Source: Parcubacteria group bacterium
GTDB taxonomy: Bacteria; Patescibacteriota; Patescibacteriia; UBA2169
Assembly (NCBI GenBank): GCA_016181765.1
Contig: JACOYR010000001.1
Span: 16,847 to 80,846, forward strand
Length of the DNA: 64,000 nucleotides
Reading direction: 5' to 3'
Shown: positions 18,846 to 28,516 of the stretch, piece after piece
Numbering within the stretch: position 1 is the stretch's first letter
How the letters are laid out: the number at the start of each line of letters is the position of its first letter
The notes under the pieces: generated by a model
Database searches by the model: none
What the model saw: the letters and a program-made list of their open reading frames with translations, nothing else
What the model was told of the DNA's origin: nothing
Made by a program: the position numbers and the translations under genes

Positions 18846-20006
18846 TTATACCACAATACTGTCGTACACATCAACAGTCTCTTGCGCTGTCTTTTCCCAG
18901 GTAAACCGCTTTGCGCGCTCCCGGCCGAGAGATGCGATTTCGTCCGCAACTTTGTGCGAACTTCCAATGGCGTTGAGTTTGTCCGCAATGTCCGAGGCGC
19001 TGTCCGGATCAATATAGCACGCGCCCTCTGCCATGACCTCGGGCAGGCTCCCTGCTTTTGAGCACACAACCGGCACGCCCCGCAGCGCCGCTTCCAGGGG
19101 CGGCAAGCCAAACCCCTCGTAGCGGGACGGGAACACGAAGCACTTGGCGCTGCGGTACAGCCCGTCAAGCACGCTGTCCGAAACCTCGCCCGTAAAAATA
19201 ACGCCGCGCCGAAACTCCGGCTCTGTAAGCGCGGCATCTGCGTACGCGCGAACCCGGCCGTAGAACGCATCCTCTCTGCCGGCGAGCACGAGCTGCCATC
19301 TGCGCCGGTGCTCGCGGCAGAGCAGTGCGTACGCATCAATCAGCTTTTCCAAATTTTTGTGCGGGTACGCGCTGCCCACGTACAAGAGGTACGGCCGGTC
19401 AATCCCGAACTTTTCAGCAAGCATCGCGTCAAACTGGGGCGTGTTGCGCAAGAGGCCTGTGCCCAAGAGCAGCTGCTCAACGCCCAAGTGCGTGACAATG
19501 ATGTTCTCTTCGGGAACGTTAAGATGCCGCACAAGGTCCCGCTTGGTGAACTCCGAGACCGCGATGACTTTACGCGCTTTCTTAACCGCGTTCTTAAGCA
19601 CCGCCTTGAGCCCCCATATTTTGATGCGGTGCTTCCACTTCGGCAGCTCGGTGGCGCGCTCCGAGGGAAAGTGGAACGCGATCAAATCGTGGATCGTGGC
19701 CACGTAGGGCACCGGGCACCAGTACGGCACGTTGAGGTGCGTAAAATGCATCGCATCAACGCCGCTCCTCCTAATGAGCCTGGGCATGCGCAGGTGCTCG
19801 GCTGGGCCGTAGTGCGGCACGTCCGCGCGGACAATGGTGAATTGATTTGGGTCCAGGCGGAGCGCGTCCGCAACAACGCTTGGCACGAACAGCGCGTACT
19901 GGTGGCTGGCCGGGTACTTGGCAATATTCAACACAAGCTGCTCCGTGTAGCGGCCGATTCCCCGATGGCGTGTTCCGTACAATCTGCAATCAATGCCGAT
20001 GCGCAT
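18846..20006 (-). CDS. GT4 glycosyltransferase
   Basis: RIGIDCR, YVGSAYPHKN, FPSRYEGFGLPPLEA. Confidence 0.93.
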   Translation of the reverse strand: MRIGIDCRLYGTRHRGIGRYTEQLVLNIAKYPASHQYALFVPSVVADALRLDPNQFTIVRADVPHYGPAEHLRMPRLIRRSGVDAMHFTHLNVPYWCPVPYVATIHDLIAFHFPSERATELPKWKHRIKIWGLKAVLKNAVKKARKVIAVSEFTKRDLVRHLNVPEENIIVTHLGVEQLLLGTGLLRNTPQFDAMLAEKFGIDRPYLLYVGSAYPHKNLEKLIDAYALLCREHRRRWQLVLAGREDAFYGRVRAYADAALTEPEFRRGVIFTGEVSDSVLDGLYRSAKCFVFPSRYEGFGLPPLEAALRGVPVVCSKAGSLPEVMAEGACYIDPDSASDIADKLNAIGSSHKVADEIASLGRERAKRFTWEKTAQETVDVYDSIVV

Positions 20007-21150
20007 GTTCAATGACGCTTAAGGTAAGTTTGGCGGTTTTGTCCCACCCGAAGCGCACGGTTGCGAGCAAGCCCGCGCTTCGCAGTCGGCGCGCCAGCTC
20101 CGGCGTGTTCAAAATTTCGCGGAGCGCGGCCGCGAGCTCATCCACGCGGTGCGGGTTTACGAGAAGGGCTGAACCCTGGGCGATTTCTCCCAAAGACGAT
20201 GTATTGCTTGCCACCACGGGTATGCCGCACGAGAACGCCTCCAGCACCGGGAACCCGAACCCCTCGTAAAAGCTCGGGTACGCCATAACACTTGCGAGCG
20301 AGTACAGGGCCGGCAGCTCGGAGGCCGGAACCTCGCGTATGACATGTATTCTATCACTAAACGCGCTCGCGCGCATTGCGGAGAGGAGGCCCCCGGACTT
20401 CCAGCCGGCGTGGCCCACGCACAAAAGCCGCACGTCCGAGAACTCGGCGGAATAGCGCGTTGCGAGGCGCTCAAATGCGGCCAGGGTTGCCTGGCAGTTC
20501 TTGCGGGGGTTGAGGGTGCCGGTCTGCAGGATGTACCGGCCTTCGGGCAAGCCGTACTTTGCGCGCACCCGCGCAAGGACCGCGCGGTCGCGGATTGGCC
20601 TGAAGGCGGAATCAATGCCTGAATGGATGGTGGTGACTTTGCGCTCGGGGATGCGGTAGCGGGCAATGACGTCCTGGCGCGTGCTCTCCGAAACCGCAAT
20701 GACCGCATCGGACCGCTCGCACAGCTTCCGCGGATCCATAAGCTTATGCCAGACGCGCTGCCGGTACGTAAAAAACTCCGGAAAAAATTCGTACGAAAGG
20801 TCGTGCATGGTCAGCACGGTGTTCGTGCGGGGCGACCAGGCGGCGTACATCATGCTCGGAAAAAACAGCACGTCGCAGCCGCCGACGAGCTCATCAATCT
20901 TTGGCCAGGACTTGAAGCGGAATGACGCGTTTAAAAATTTGTTCGGGAACCGGTACTGGTGCACGGTAGCGTTCGGGTGCTGTGCGAGCGAGTACAGAAC
21001 CGGGGAATCCGCGCGGCTCGCCTGGTTTGCAAACAGCTTGATTTCGTGGCGCGCGGCAAGGGGTATGAGATGCTCCAGGAGATTTTTTGCGTACACAAAC
21101 ACGCCCCCGTTCCCCTCGGCAAGGACGCGCGCATCAATGCCGATTCTCAT
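19990..21150 (-). CDS. GT4 glycosyltransferase
   Basis: RIGIDAR, GTLNPRKN, YPSFYEGFGFPVLEA. Confidence 0.93.
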   Translation of the reverse strand: MRIGIDARVLAEGNGGVFVYAKNLLEHLIPLAARHEIKLFANQASRADSPVLYSLAQHPNATVHQYRFPNKFLNASFRFKSWPKIDELVGGCDVLFFPSMMYAAWSPRTNTVLTMHDLSYEFFPEFFTYRQRVWHKLMDPRKLCERSDAVIAVSESTRQDVIARYRIPERKVTTIHSGIDSAFRPIRDRAVLARVRAKYGLPEGRYILQTGTLNPRKNCQATLAAFERLATRYSAEFSDVRLLCVGHAGWKSGGLLSAMRASAFSDRIHVIREVPASELPALYSLASVMAYPSFYEGFGFPVLEAFSCGIPVVASNTSSLGEIAQGSALLVNPHRVDELAAALREILNTPELARRLRSAGLLATVRFGWDKTAKLTLSVIEHAHRH

Positions 21151-22225
21151 ACGCCTTGGTTACAAAATTTTTGAGCTCGCCTTGGAACCGCTCGCGGGAA
21201 AACTGCCGGGCATGGGCGCGGATTCGGCCGTAGTCAAACCGCTGCCGCCGGAACCGGATCACGGCGTCCGCCAGGGACTGCCAGGTCTGCTCCTCAAAAA
21301 ACACGCCGGTCTCGTTCTCGCGCACGGTCTCGCACGCGCCGCCGGACTGGTACGCAACCACCGGGGTGCCGGCTGCCATGGCCTCAATCGCGGAGATTCC
21401 CAGATCCTCTTCCTGCGGGTGGATAAACCCCAGAGCCCCGGCAAGCAGGCGCTTTTTGGCGCGCTCGTCCACGGTACCCGTAAAGTGGATGTTGGGGCCC
21501 GCAATTGATTCAAGCCGCTTCCGCTCCTGCCCGTCCCCCATGATCACGAGGGGCATGTTGAGCCGGTTGAACGCGCGGATCGCGATATCAACTTTTTTGT
21601 ACGGCCGCAAGCGCGACACCAGGGCAAAGTAGTTGAGTTTGGCAACGTCGGGGTAGCGGTGCACATCAACCGGAGGATAAATGACCGTTGACTCCCGGTT
21701 ATAGTAGCGCTTGATGCGGCGGGCCACGAACTGCGAGTTTGCGATGAAGCGGTCAACGCGCTGGGCCGCCACATAGTCCCACATCCGAAGCTGCTGCAGC
21801 ACGAACGGAAGAATGGCGCTGATGATGCGGCCCCCGCCGACTTCAGAGACGTAGGTGTGGCTGTCGCTCCACAGATACCGGGTCGGGGTGTGGCAGTAGC
21901 AGATGTGGATGGCGTGGGCCGGCGCAATAGCTCCTTTCGCAAACGCGCTGGCGCTTGAGAGCACCACGTCGTACTTTGAAAGGTTGAACGATTCAATGGC
22001 TGCGGGCATGGCCGCGAGGTACCAGCGCAAGCGGGTGCGCGAGAACGGCATCTTCTGGATGAATGACGTGTTGATCGGGAGGCTGTTAAAAAAATTGCCG
22101 ACAATGCGCCGGTCGTGCACCAAGGTGTAGAGAGGCGCCCGAGGAAATACCTCGTGCATTGCCGAGAGCACTCGCTCGGCCCCTCCGATCTGGTTTAAGT
22201 GGTCATGCACCAATGCGAGTTTCAT
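21134..22225 (-). CDS. GT4 glycosyltransferase (WbaZ-like)
   Basis: LALVHDHLNQIGGAERV, CYCHTPTRYLW, EEDLGISAIEAMAAG. Confidence 0.93.
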   Translation of the reverse strand: MKLALVHDHLNQIGGAERVLSAMHEVFPRAPLYTLVHDRRIVGNFFNSLPINTSFIQKMPFSRTRLRWYLAAMPAAIESFNLSKYDVVLSSASAFAKGAIAPAHAIHICYCHTPTRYLWSDSHTYVSEVGGGRIISAILPFVLQQLRMWDYVAAQRVDRFIANSQFVARRIKRYYNRESTVIYPPVDVHRYPDVAKLNYFALVSRLRPYKKVDIAIRAFNRLNMPLVIMGDGQERKRLESIAGPNIHFTGTVDERAKKRLLAGALGFIHPQEEDLGISAIEAMAAGTPVVAYQSGGACETVRENETGVFFEEQTWQSLADAVIRFRRQRFDYGRIRAHARQFSRERFQGELKNFVTKAYENRH

Positions 22226-23634
22226 ACTCCCCTTCTCCCCCGGAACACGGCCCACGGCGTGCGCAGGAGAATCTGCAGGTCCATCCAAAAACTCCAGTTT
22301 TCTATGTAGAACATGTCCAGCCGCGCTTCTTCGGAAAAATCAAGATCGCTCCTTCCGGAAATCTGGGCCAAACCCGTAACCCCGGGCTTGATGGTTAAGA
22401 GCCGTTTTTGGTAACCCGTGTACTTGGCAACCTCCTCGGGGTAGTGGGGACGGGGCCCGACCAGGCTCATCCTGCCCAAAAACACAAGGAAAAACTCCGG
22501 AAGCTCGTCAATGGAAAACCGGCGGATGAACTTCCCCGCGCGCGTGACGCGCGGGTCGTCCGGTATCTTTACCAGGGGGCCGCGGCGGGCATTGAGCCCC
22601 GAGAGTTCGGCGTAGCGCATCCCGTGCGTTCCAGCGCGCATGGAGCGGAACTTGAAGTACCTGAAGGCCCTGCCGCCCTGGCCGATCCGGCGCTGGAGCG
22701 TCCCGTCGTCAAGCCGCGTAAAAAACACCGGCCCCTTTGAATCAATCTTGATCAAGATCGCGGTGGCCGCGAGAAGCGGGGAAAAAAAGACGAGCAAGCC
22801 CGCGGAAGCAACAATGTCAAAAACGCGCTTGACGATCCTCCCCCACCCGTCAAGCGGGGTGCGCTTGATGTGCACCACGGGCGTGCCACCGAGGTCCGTC
22901 ACTTCCACGTTCGCGCTGGTTGCTTCCAGGACATCTGCGGCGTAGGAAAACTCAAAGTGGTGCTCCCGGCAGAACTCGTACAAGCGGGTGATCTCGCGGC
23001 GGCCGTGGTCCGGCTCGGCGTGGATCACGAGGTCAGCCTGATCGTGTTTTGCGATGTTCGCAAGCATTCCCAGAGACGCGTCATCCAGGGTGCGGAAATG
23101 GCGCACCACCCGAAACCCGGCAGTGGAGTCGTCTTTGAGGGCTTGGATGAGCCGGTGCGCGGCAGTGCCTCCCCCGAACACCACGGTGCGGTAAGCGCCA
23201 ATGTTCTTTTTATACAGCGAGCGCTGAACGGAACGGATGAGCACGCGGCCCATGAATACCGCGGCAATGGACGCCAAAAATCCGGCAAGCACGATAAACC
23301 GCGAGCCGAAAAGCTCGTGCCGGAAGAATATGAACAGCACGATCTCCACGAGCCCGAGCGAACAGCCCACCACCACGCGCTTGAATTCCCCGATGTGCCG
23401 GCGGTTGGCCTGGATGGCGTACATGCCGGCCAGGGCGAACGCCGGCAGCCACAGGAGCGCCACGAGCGCGGCAATGCGGGCGTACTCGGCGAGCGTTATC
23501 TCAAATACCACGGGCCGCACGTCCGTCAAGAACGTCTGGTACCGCAAAAAGTATACGCCTAAACCAGCCAGCACCACCATGAGCCAGTCAACCGGAATCA
23601 GGAGAAATGAGAAGAATAATTCAGATCGTTTCAT
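22222..23634 (-). CDS. Polyprenyl glycosylphosphotransferase (WcaJ/WbaP family)
   Basis: KRVFDIV, FKFRSM, DPRVT, SIDELPE, MSLVGPRP, KPGVTGLAQ. Confidence 0.93.
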   Translation of the reverse strand: MKRSELFFSFLLIPVDWLMVVLAGLGVYFLRYQTFLTDVRPVVFEITLAEYARIAALVALLWLPAFALAGMYAIQANRRHIGEFKRVVVGCSLGLVEIVLFIFFRHELFGSRFIVLAGFLASIAAVFMGRVLIRSVQRSLYKKNIGAYRTVVFGGGTAAHRLIQALKDDSTAGFRVVRHFRTLDDASLGMLANIAKHDQADLVIHAEPDHGRREITRLYEFCREHHFEFSYAADVLEATSANVEVTDLGGTPVVHIKRTPLDGWGRIVKRVFDIVASAGLLVFFSPLLAATAILIKIDSKGPVFFTRLDDGTLQRRIGQGGRAFRYFKFRSMRAGTHGMRYAELSGLNARRGPLVKIPDDPRVTRAGKFIRRFSIDELPEFFLVFLGRMSLVGPRPHYPEEVAKYTGYQKRLLTIKPGVTGLAQISGRSDLDFSEEARLDMFYIENWSFWMDLQILLRTPWAVFRGRRGV

Positions 23635-23741
23635 GTGGGGTATACTCTAGCACTTTGGAGCCTTTGTATCAAAGCATGATAAGCAAAAGTTGACAGATTT
23701 GGCAAGTTTTGATAATATACTAAAAATCGCACATTTGCAAT

Positions 23742-24150
23742 GGACAGGAAGACCAGGCAATCGCCCGCCATAGCCTCGCGCGAAGGCGGGAGGAAAGTCC
23801 GAACACCCCCGCCTCACCGGCGGGACAAGGGTAATCGGTAACACCGACCGGTATACGTAATTCTATGAGGAGTCTCTCGAGAATTCTCATAGGAATACCA
23901 AGCCAGGGCACGTGCAACAGAAAGCATACCGCCTAAGTCCGCAAGGACCGGCAAGGTTGAAATCGTGGGGTAAGAGCCCACGCGTTCGCGCGGTGACGCG
24001 CGAAAAGAGGTAAACCCTACCCGGCGAAAGGGCGCATAAATGGTAGCCCGTTAGAACGTACGAGCAATCGTGCGTCTAGATAGATGATTGCCGTCCGTCC
24101 GCCTCTTCGGCGGACGGACTACGGAATTCGGCTTATCGGTTTTCCTGTCC
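23742..24150 (+). ncRNA. rnpB: RNase P RNA
   Basis: P1 GGACAGGAAGACC/GGTTTTCCTGTCC; GAGGAAAGTCC, GTGCAACAGAAA, GGTAAACC, TAGATAGATGAT and ACGGAATTCGGCTTAT conserved segments; TTGACA...GATAAT upstream. Confidence 0.95.
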
Positions 24151-24214
24151 GCTGCAAGCGTGCGATTGACCCAATAGTCATGATAGTTGTAAATACGCCA
24201 TACGACTGGCGTAT

Positions 24215-24680
24215 TTATTGTTTACCTTGTTCAATCAAGCGCTCCACCGTGCGTTTGGCTTCATCTAATAAATCCTTCGCCTTCTTCCTCGCTTCGTGCG
24301 ACTGACGGACTAGATCGGCGATTTTTTGTTGGGTTGATTTTGGCAAAACCGGAACTAAAACAGATTTCAATGATTCGCCCGGCACTGCGGTTAAGATAGT
24401 CCCGGCCGTTCTCTGTTGTAACTGCTAATTAAAAACTATGCTTTTTGCCAACATCAAAAGAGCCTCTGGCAATATTTCCTTACTCCTAAACTGAAAAAAT
24501 CCAGTGGACGCCAAATAACCATCTTGCGCAGAATCGACAAACGCCACTTTTCCGAGCGACCCTTCCACACTGGATACAATAACATCTCCAGTCTTAAGAA
24601 CGCGGCGCGCCCGGCTCGGCGCTTCTTTGCCTAACATTTCTGATGAACTCTCAATCACACCAATTAAAGCATTGACATTA
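24215..24680 (-). pseudogene. Truncated restriction-modification specificity (HsdS/TRD-like) fragment with in-frame TAG
   Basis: EAPSRARRVLKTGDVIVSSV...LASTGF; frame continues past TAG (24425-24427) as QLQQRTAGTILTAV...QQKIADLV...VERLIEQGKQ*; no N-terminus; low GC. Confidence 0.8.
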
Positions 24681-24749
24681 GATTGTCTTTTCCTTTATTT
24701 TAAGCCAATTTTGTTAAATTGTTAAGTTATTTTGCAAAAGGTCTATACC

Positions 24750-25193
24750 CTAGAGGCGCTTCAACAGTTCTTTCGCATCAACGCCGCCTTGGTCGTCCAG
24801 CGCCTGATTCACAAGCGCGTCTGCTCGTTTGTTTTTTGCGCGCATGACGTGCTTGATGCCATATGACGAGAAGCCCTGCAAAAGATTCCACGCTCTGGCA
24901 AACAACGGCTGCAGCCCTTTATCCCGCACCTTGTACTCTCCGTTGAGCTGTTTGACGATGAGCTCGCTGTCCATGAAAATGCTAGCTGAAGTTGCGCCGA
25001 GTTTTTTGACCTCTTCCAAGCCGCGGATCAAAGCGCGGTACTCTGCCTGGTTGTTGGTCGCCTTTCCGATATATTCTGACACTTCACGAACGGTCTTGCG
25101 CTTCTCGTCAGAAATGACCACGCCAATCCCTGATGGGCCCGGATTTCCTCTGGCCCCTCCATCGGTGTGGATGGTTAATTTTCCGCTTGACAT
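24750..25193 (-). CDS. rnhA: Ribonuclease HI
   Basis: TDGGARGNPGP, TNNQAEY, DSELIVKQ, NKRADALVN. Confidence 0.93.
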   Translation of the reverse strand: MSSGKLTIHTDGGARGNPGPSGIGVVISDEKRKTVREVSEYIGKATNNQAEYRALIRGLEEVKKLGATSASIFMDSELIVKQLNGEYKVRDKGLQPLFARAWNLLQGFSSYGIKHVMRAKNKRADALVNQALDDQGGVDAKELLKRL

Positions 25194-25220
25194 AATTCCT
25201 ATCTATGCTATACTGTTTAC

Positions 25221-25331
25221 AGAAAACAGGTCCGCGTAAGGCCCAGACCGTCTGCCTCACCAGAGCGTGAGGCTACTCCCCGATTCCGGGGTGAGAATCA
25301 GACCCTAGGCAGCAAGCCTGTTTTCTTTTTT
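25221..25331 (+). ncRNA. Candidate DUF3800-associated small RNA
   Basis: TTGACA(25187)-16 nt-TATACT(25209) promoter; terminal stem AGAAAACAGG/CCTGTTTTCT then T-run; inner hairpins GCCTCAC/GTGAGGC and CCCCG/CGGGG. Confidence 0.7.
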
Positions 25332-25922
25332 GATTGCGCGCTCAATAATGCGGTAAAAAGTTTCGTCTCTGTTATTATACTTTTGAAAAATGGCCCACGC
25401 AACCGCATCCGCGAGCTCTAACTGGCGGCACTCGGTCTCTGACCGATGGCTCACCGAGAGGAAATGTCCCGATCCCGCAATCTCGCTCATGGCGCGGGTC
25501 ACCAGGTCGCGGATACGGGGCGAGGCGTACCGCTTGTGCACCACCACATCAAGCTTGGGGTGCAGCGCAAGCGTGTCTGCTGTCGTTTCCGCGAGCAGAT
25601 GCGCGTAGAGCTGATTTTTGTCTCCGTCAAAATGTTTCTTCCGTTTATCCCAAACGTCCGCAATAATCTGAACGTCTCGTTTTGCGATTTCCTCCAAAAC
25701 TATCTTGATAAACCCCGCGCTCTCTTTGCTGGCCTTAAAAACGGAATGCGCCTTGAATCTTCCACGCGCGCGGTACCGCGCGCGTTTCATCACCCGGCCG
25801 AGTTCAGCCGGGTTGCCCACGACCACAACAGAGATGATAAAATAATTTCCGCTTGTCGCTTTCTTCTCTAAAATCCCCGATTCATCAAGAAACCCGTAAT
25901 GCAATTTTGGATCACTGTTCAT
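25305..25922 (-). CDS. DUF3800-family RNase H-fold protein
   Basis: YGFLDESG N-terminal motif, FKAS, and LELADAVAWAIFQKY C-terminal motif. Confidence 0.8.
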   Translation of the reverse strand: MNSDPKLHYGFLDESGILEKKATSGNYFIISVVVVGNPAELGRVMKRARYRARGRFKAHSVFKASKESAGFIKIVLEEIAKRDVQIIADVWDKRKKHFDGDKNQLYAHLLAETTADTLALHPKLDVVVHKRYASPRIRDLVTRAMSEIAGSGHFLSVSHRSETECRQLELADAVAWAIFQKYNNRDETFYRIIERAIKKENRLAA

Positions 25923-27594
25923 TAGGATGACAGAGGTGCTTAATATCAACAATTTTGAGCTGGATATCCCTGCGGCCGTTCCACTCGTTCACGCCAATGG
26001 TGTACACCACATCAATCAAATCGCCCTGGTTCAGGGTGCCGTGGAAGTACTGTCCGAATCCGAACGCAACTGCCTGGTGCAGGACGCCGGATTGATCCAG
26101 TTTGATGCGCATGTGCTGGCCATCCTTACCCATCAAAAACACATCAGCCACGCGCGCTCCATAGGAAACGAACTTCGGAACCGGGTTGCCCATGCCATGG
26201 GGTTCAAGTTTTTTGAGGAGCCCAATCAGCTCCCAGTTTATCTGGCTCATGGAGAGCTCCATATCAATGGCGAGCGTCTTGACGAGGTCAGCGTCCGAGA
26301 GCCGCGCATCCGCGATTGCGTTGAGCTTGGCCACGAATGGCGCGAGCGACTCTTCTGATTTCAGCGTAAACCCGCACGCGCCCTCGTGCCCGCCGAACCG
26401 CTCCAAATACTCGGCAGACTCGGCCAGGGCCTGGGTGATGTTGAACCCAGGAATGGAGCGGCCCGATCCGACCAGGCCTTTTTCCGATTTGGTGACCACC
26501 AGCGTTGGCCGAAAAAATTGTTCCGTGATGCGGCCGGACACCAAACCCACCACCCCTACGGGCCAATCTTCGCCTTGTGCGACCAGCACTTTCGCGGGGA
26601 GCTGGGCTTTGGCTTGCTCTTCCGCCTCCCTGGTGATGGCTAAGGTCTCGGACTGGCGCTCTTTGTTGGTCCTATTCAGGGACTGGGCAAGTTCTGCCGC
26701 CCGAGCCGGATCGTGCGTTTCAAGCAGCTCGTACGCGGTGTTGGCATGATCAATCCTGCCCGCGGCATTAAGCCGCGGCGCGATCACAAACCCTATTTCG
26801 TAGGTGCCCAAGGATTGCGGATCAATCTGCGCGCCCGAGAGGAGCGACTGCAGGCCCGGCCTCTTGGTTTTGTTCAGCACTTTCAAACCAAACGCCACGA
26901 ACACGCGGTTCTCTCCGACCAACGGCATCATGTCCGCGACTGTTGCGATTGCCACGAGATCTAAAAACCATTTTTCTTGTCCTGCAGGAAGCCCGCATGA
27001 TTTCCACAACGCCTGGATGAATTTGAACACGACCCCAGCCGCGGCCAAGCCCATAAAGGGATAGGTTTCGCCCGAAAGGTGCGGGTTCAAAAACGCGGCA
27101 ACATCACGGGGGAGCGCGGGGGGCTCTTCGTGGTGATCGCAGATGATGACATCCATGCCCTTTGCGCGCGCGTACGCGACTTCGGCAACGGCCGAGGTCC
27201 CGCAATCCACGGTGATGAGGAGTGCAGTACCCTGGGATGCGATGTAATCCAGGGCAGCAGTGTTGAGGCCATAGCCCTCTTTTTCGCGGTGCGGAATGTA
27301 CGCCTGGACGTTGGTGATGCCGCACTGCCGCAGTGTTTCAACCAGCAGAACCGATGAGGTAACACCGTCCGCGTCATAATCCCCGTACACGAACACGGTT
27401 TGGTTCTGGTCACGGCTGATTTTGACGCGGTCCACCGCTTTCTGCATGTCGCGAAACAGGAACGGGTCGTGCAGTTGTTCATACGCGGGATTCAAAAATG
27501 ACGCGGCTTCTTCCGGCAACGAGATGCCGCGGTTTGAGAGCAACTGCAAAATGAAATCTTCTGAAATTTTCTCCGATACTTTCCAGTTACGCAT
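25912..27594 (-). CDS. recJ: ssDNA exonuclease RecJ
   Basis: YGDYDADG, ITVDCG, DHH, PRLNAAGR, GSGRS, GGH motifs. Confidence 0.96.
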   Translation of the reverse strand: MRNWKVSEKISEDFILQLLSNRGISLPEEAASFLNPAYEQLHDPFLFRDMQKAVDRVKISRDQNQTVFVYGDYDADGVTSSVLLVETLRQCGITNVQAYIPHREKEGYGLNTAALDYIASQGTALLITVDCGTSAVAEVAYARAKGMDVIICDHHEEPPALPRDVAAFLNPHLSGETYPFMGLAAAGVVFKFIQALWKSCGLPAGQEKWFLDLVAIATVADMMPLVGENRVFVAFGLKVLNKTKRPGLQSLLSGAQIDPQSLGTYEIGFVIAPRLNAAGRIDHANTAYELLETHDPARAAELAQSLNRTNKERQSETLAITREAEEQAKAQLPAKVLVAQGEDWPVGVVGLVSGRITEQFFRPTLVVTKSEKGLVGSGRSIPGFNITQALAESAEYLERFGGHEGACGFTLKSEESLAPFVAKLNAIADARLSDADLVKTLAIDMELSMSQINWELIGLLKKLEPHGMGNPVPKFVSYGARVADVFLMGKDGQHMRIKLDQSGVLHQAVAFGFGQYFHGTLNQGDLIDVVYTIGVNEWNGRRDIQLKIVDIKHLCHPNEQ

Positions 27595-28228
27595 GCGAGC
27601 GGTGCGATAGCCTCCGGTACACCCAGCCTGTCGCGAGCATGGTAGCGGGGATGCTCCAGAACAAACCAATGCCGAGCGCGGCAAAGCCCAAAATGTTCGC
27701 GCCGAGCACTGCGAGCCAGAAAAGGACCAGCTGCCAGAACGCGCCGGCTGTGATGCGCCAGCTCTCTTTGAGCGCTTGGACAGATCCGGCTCCTTTATCC
27801 ACAATCACATACTGATAGAACTGGAATCGGGCCAAAAAAATGAGCCCCGGCACTACGAGGAGCACCAAGCCCACGCCGACAATCAGCGCAAAGAGAAATG
27901 AACCCAAAACATAATCCATCAGAAACCGGGCGCCCGTGAACAATTCGGCAATATCTGTTTTGCGGCTGTCCACGTGCGAGAGCGTGATCTGGATGAGCCC
28001 GATGGAAATCAAGAGTTGGACCACCCAAAAAACGATTCCCGCCAGGAAAAAGAACAGGGTCACGAGCGTGGGTAATTCAATGCGGTCAAAGCTCCGCATG
28101 ATGACGCCCGGCCCGTACGTGATGAGCGCTATAACAATGATGGCCTGCGCAAAGAACCAAAAACGCTCTTTGGCGGTGCGCCACCCGAAACGCATGGCTT
28201 CGCTGATTGAAAAAAATTGTGCTCCCAT
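27587..28228 (-). CDS. Integral membrane protein (DUF975-like)
   Basis: Multi-TM; GLVLLVVPGL...ALKESWRIT pattern. Confidence 0.65.
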   Translation of the reverse strand: MGAQFFSISEAMRFGWRTAKERFWFFAQAIIVIALITYGPGVIMRSFDRIELPTLVTLFFFLAGIVFWVVQLLISIGLIQITLSHVDSRKTDIAELFTGARFLMDYVLGSFLFALIVGVGLVLLVVPGLIFLARFQFYQYVIVDKGAGSVQALKESWRITAGAFWQLVLFWLAVLGANILGFAALGIGLFWSIPATMLATGWVYRRLSHRSHA

Positions 28229-28273
28229 AGTATGTGGAAATTAAGTTATTTTTTTGAGGCGCATGAGTACGCG

Positions 28274-28516
28274 TTAGCCCTTGAGCTTGCTGATGGACCG
28301 CCCGATGCCCATGGTTACCAGAACCACAATGGCCGTGACCAGGGCTGCGTAGATGAATTTGACGGCGATCCCGTCCGGTTCGCCGAACACGTTGGCCTTT
28401 TCAAATAAATCCTGGATAGCGCTGTTCCACGCGAGTGCCGCCACCAGGCCAAAGCCCGCGGTTGCGAGGGTTGCCATGTGCTCCAGGATTTCCAATTTTA
28501 GGCGTTTTTTAGGCAT
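28274..28516 (-). CDS. Small two-TM protein (DUF5654-like)
   Basis: TAGFGLVAALAWNSAIQ motif. Confidence 0.75.
   Translation of the reverse strand: MPKKRLKLEILEHMATLATAGFGLVAALAWNSAIQDLFEKANVFGEPDGIAVKFIYAALVTAIVVLVTMGIGRSISKLKG

Noticed and set aside
24425-24427. In-frame TAG as evidence of stop-codon recoding
   Set aside because: TAG and TGA end many intact genes here and the fragment also lacks its N-terminus; a pseudogene is the simpler explanation.
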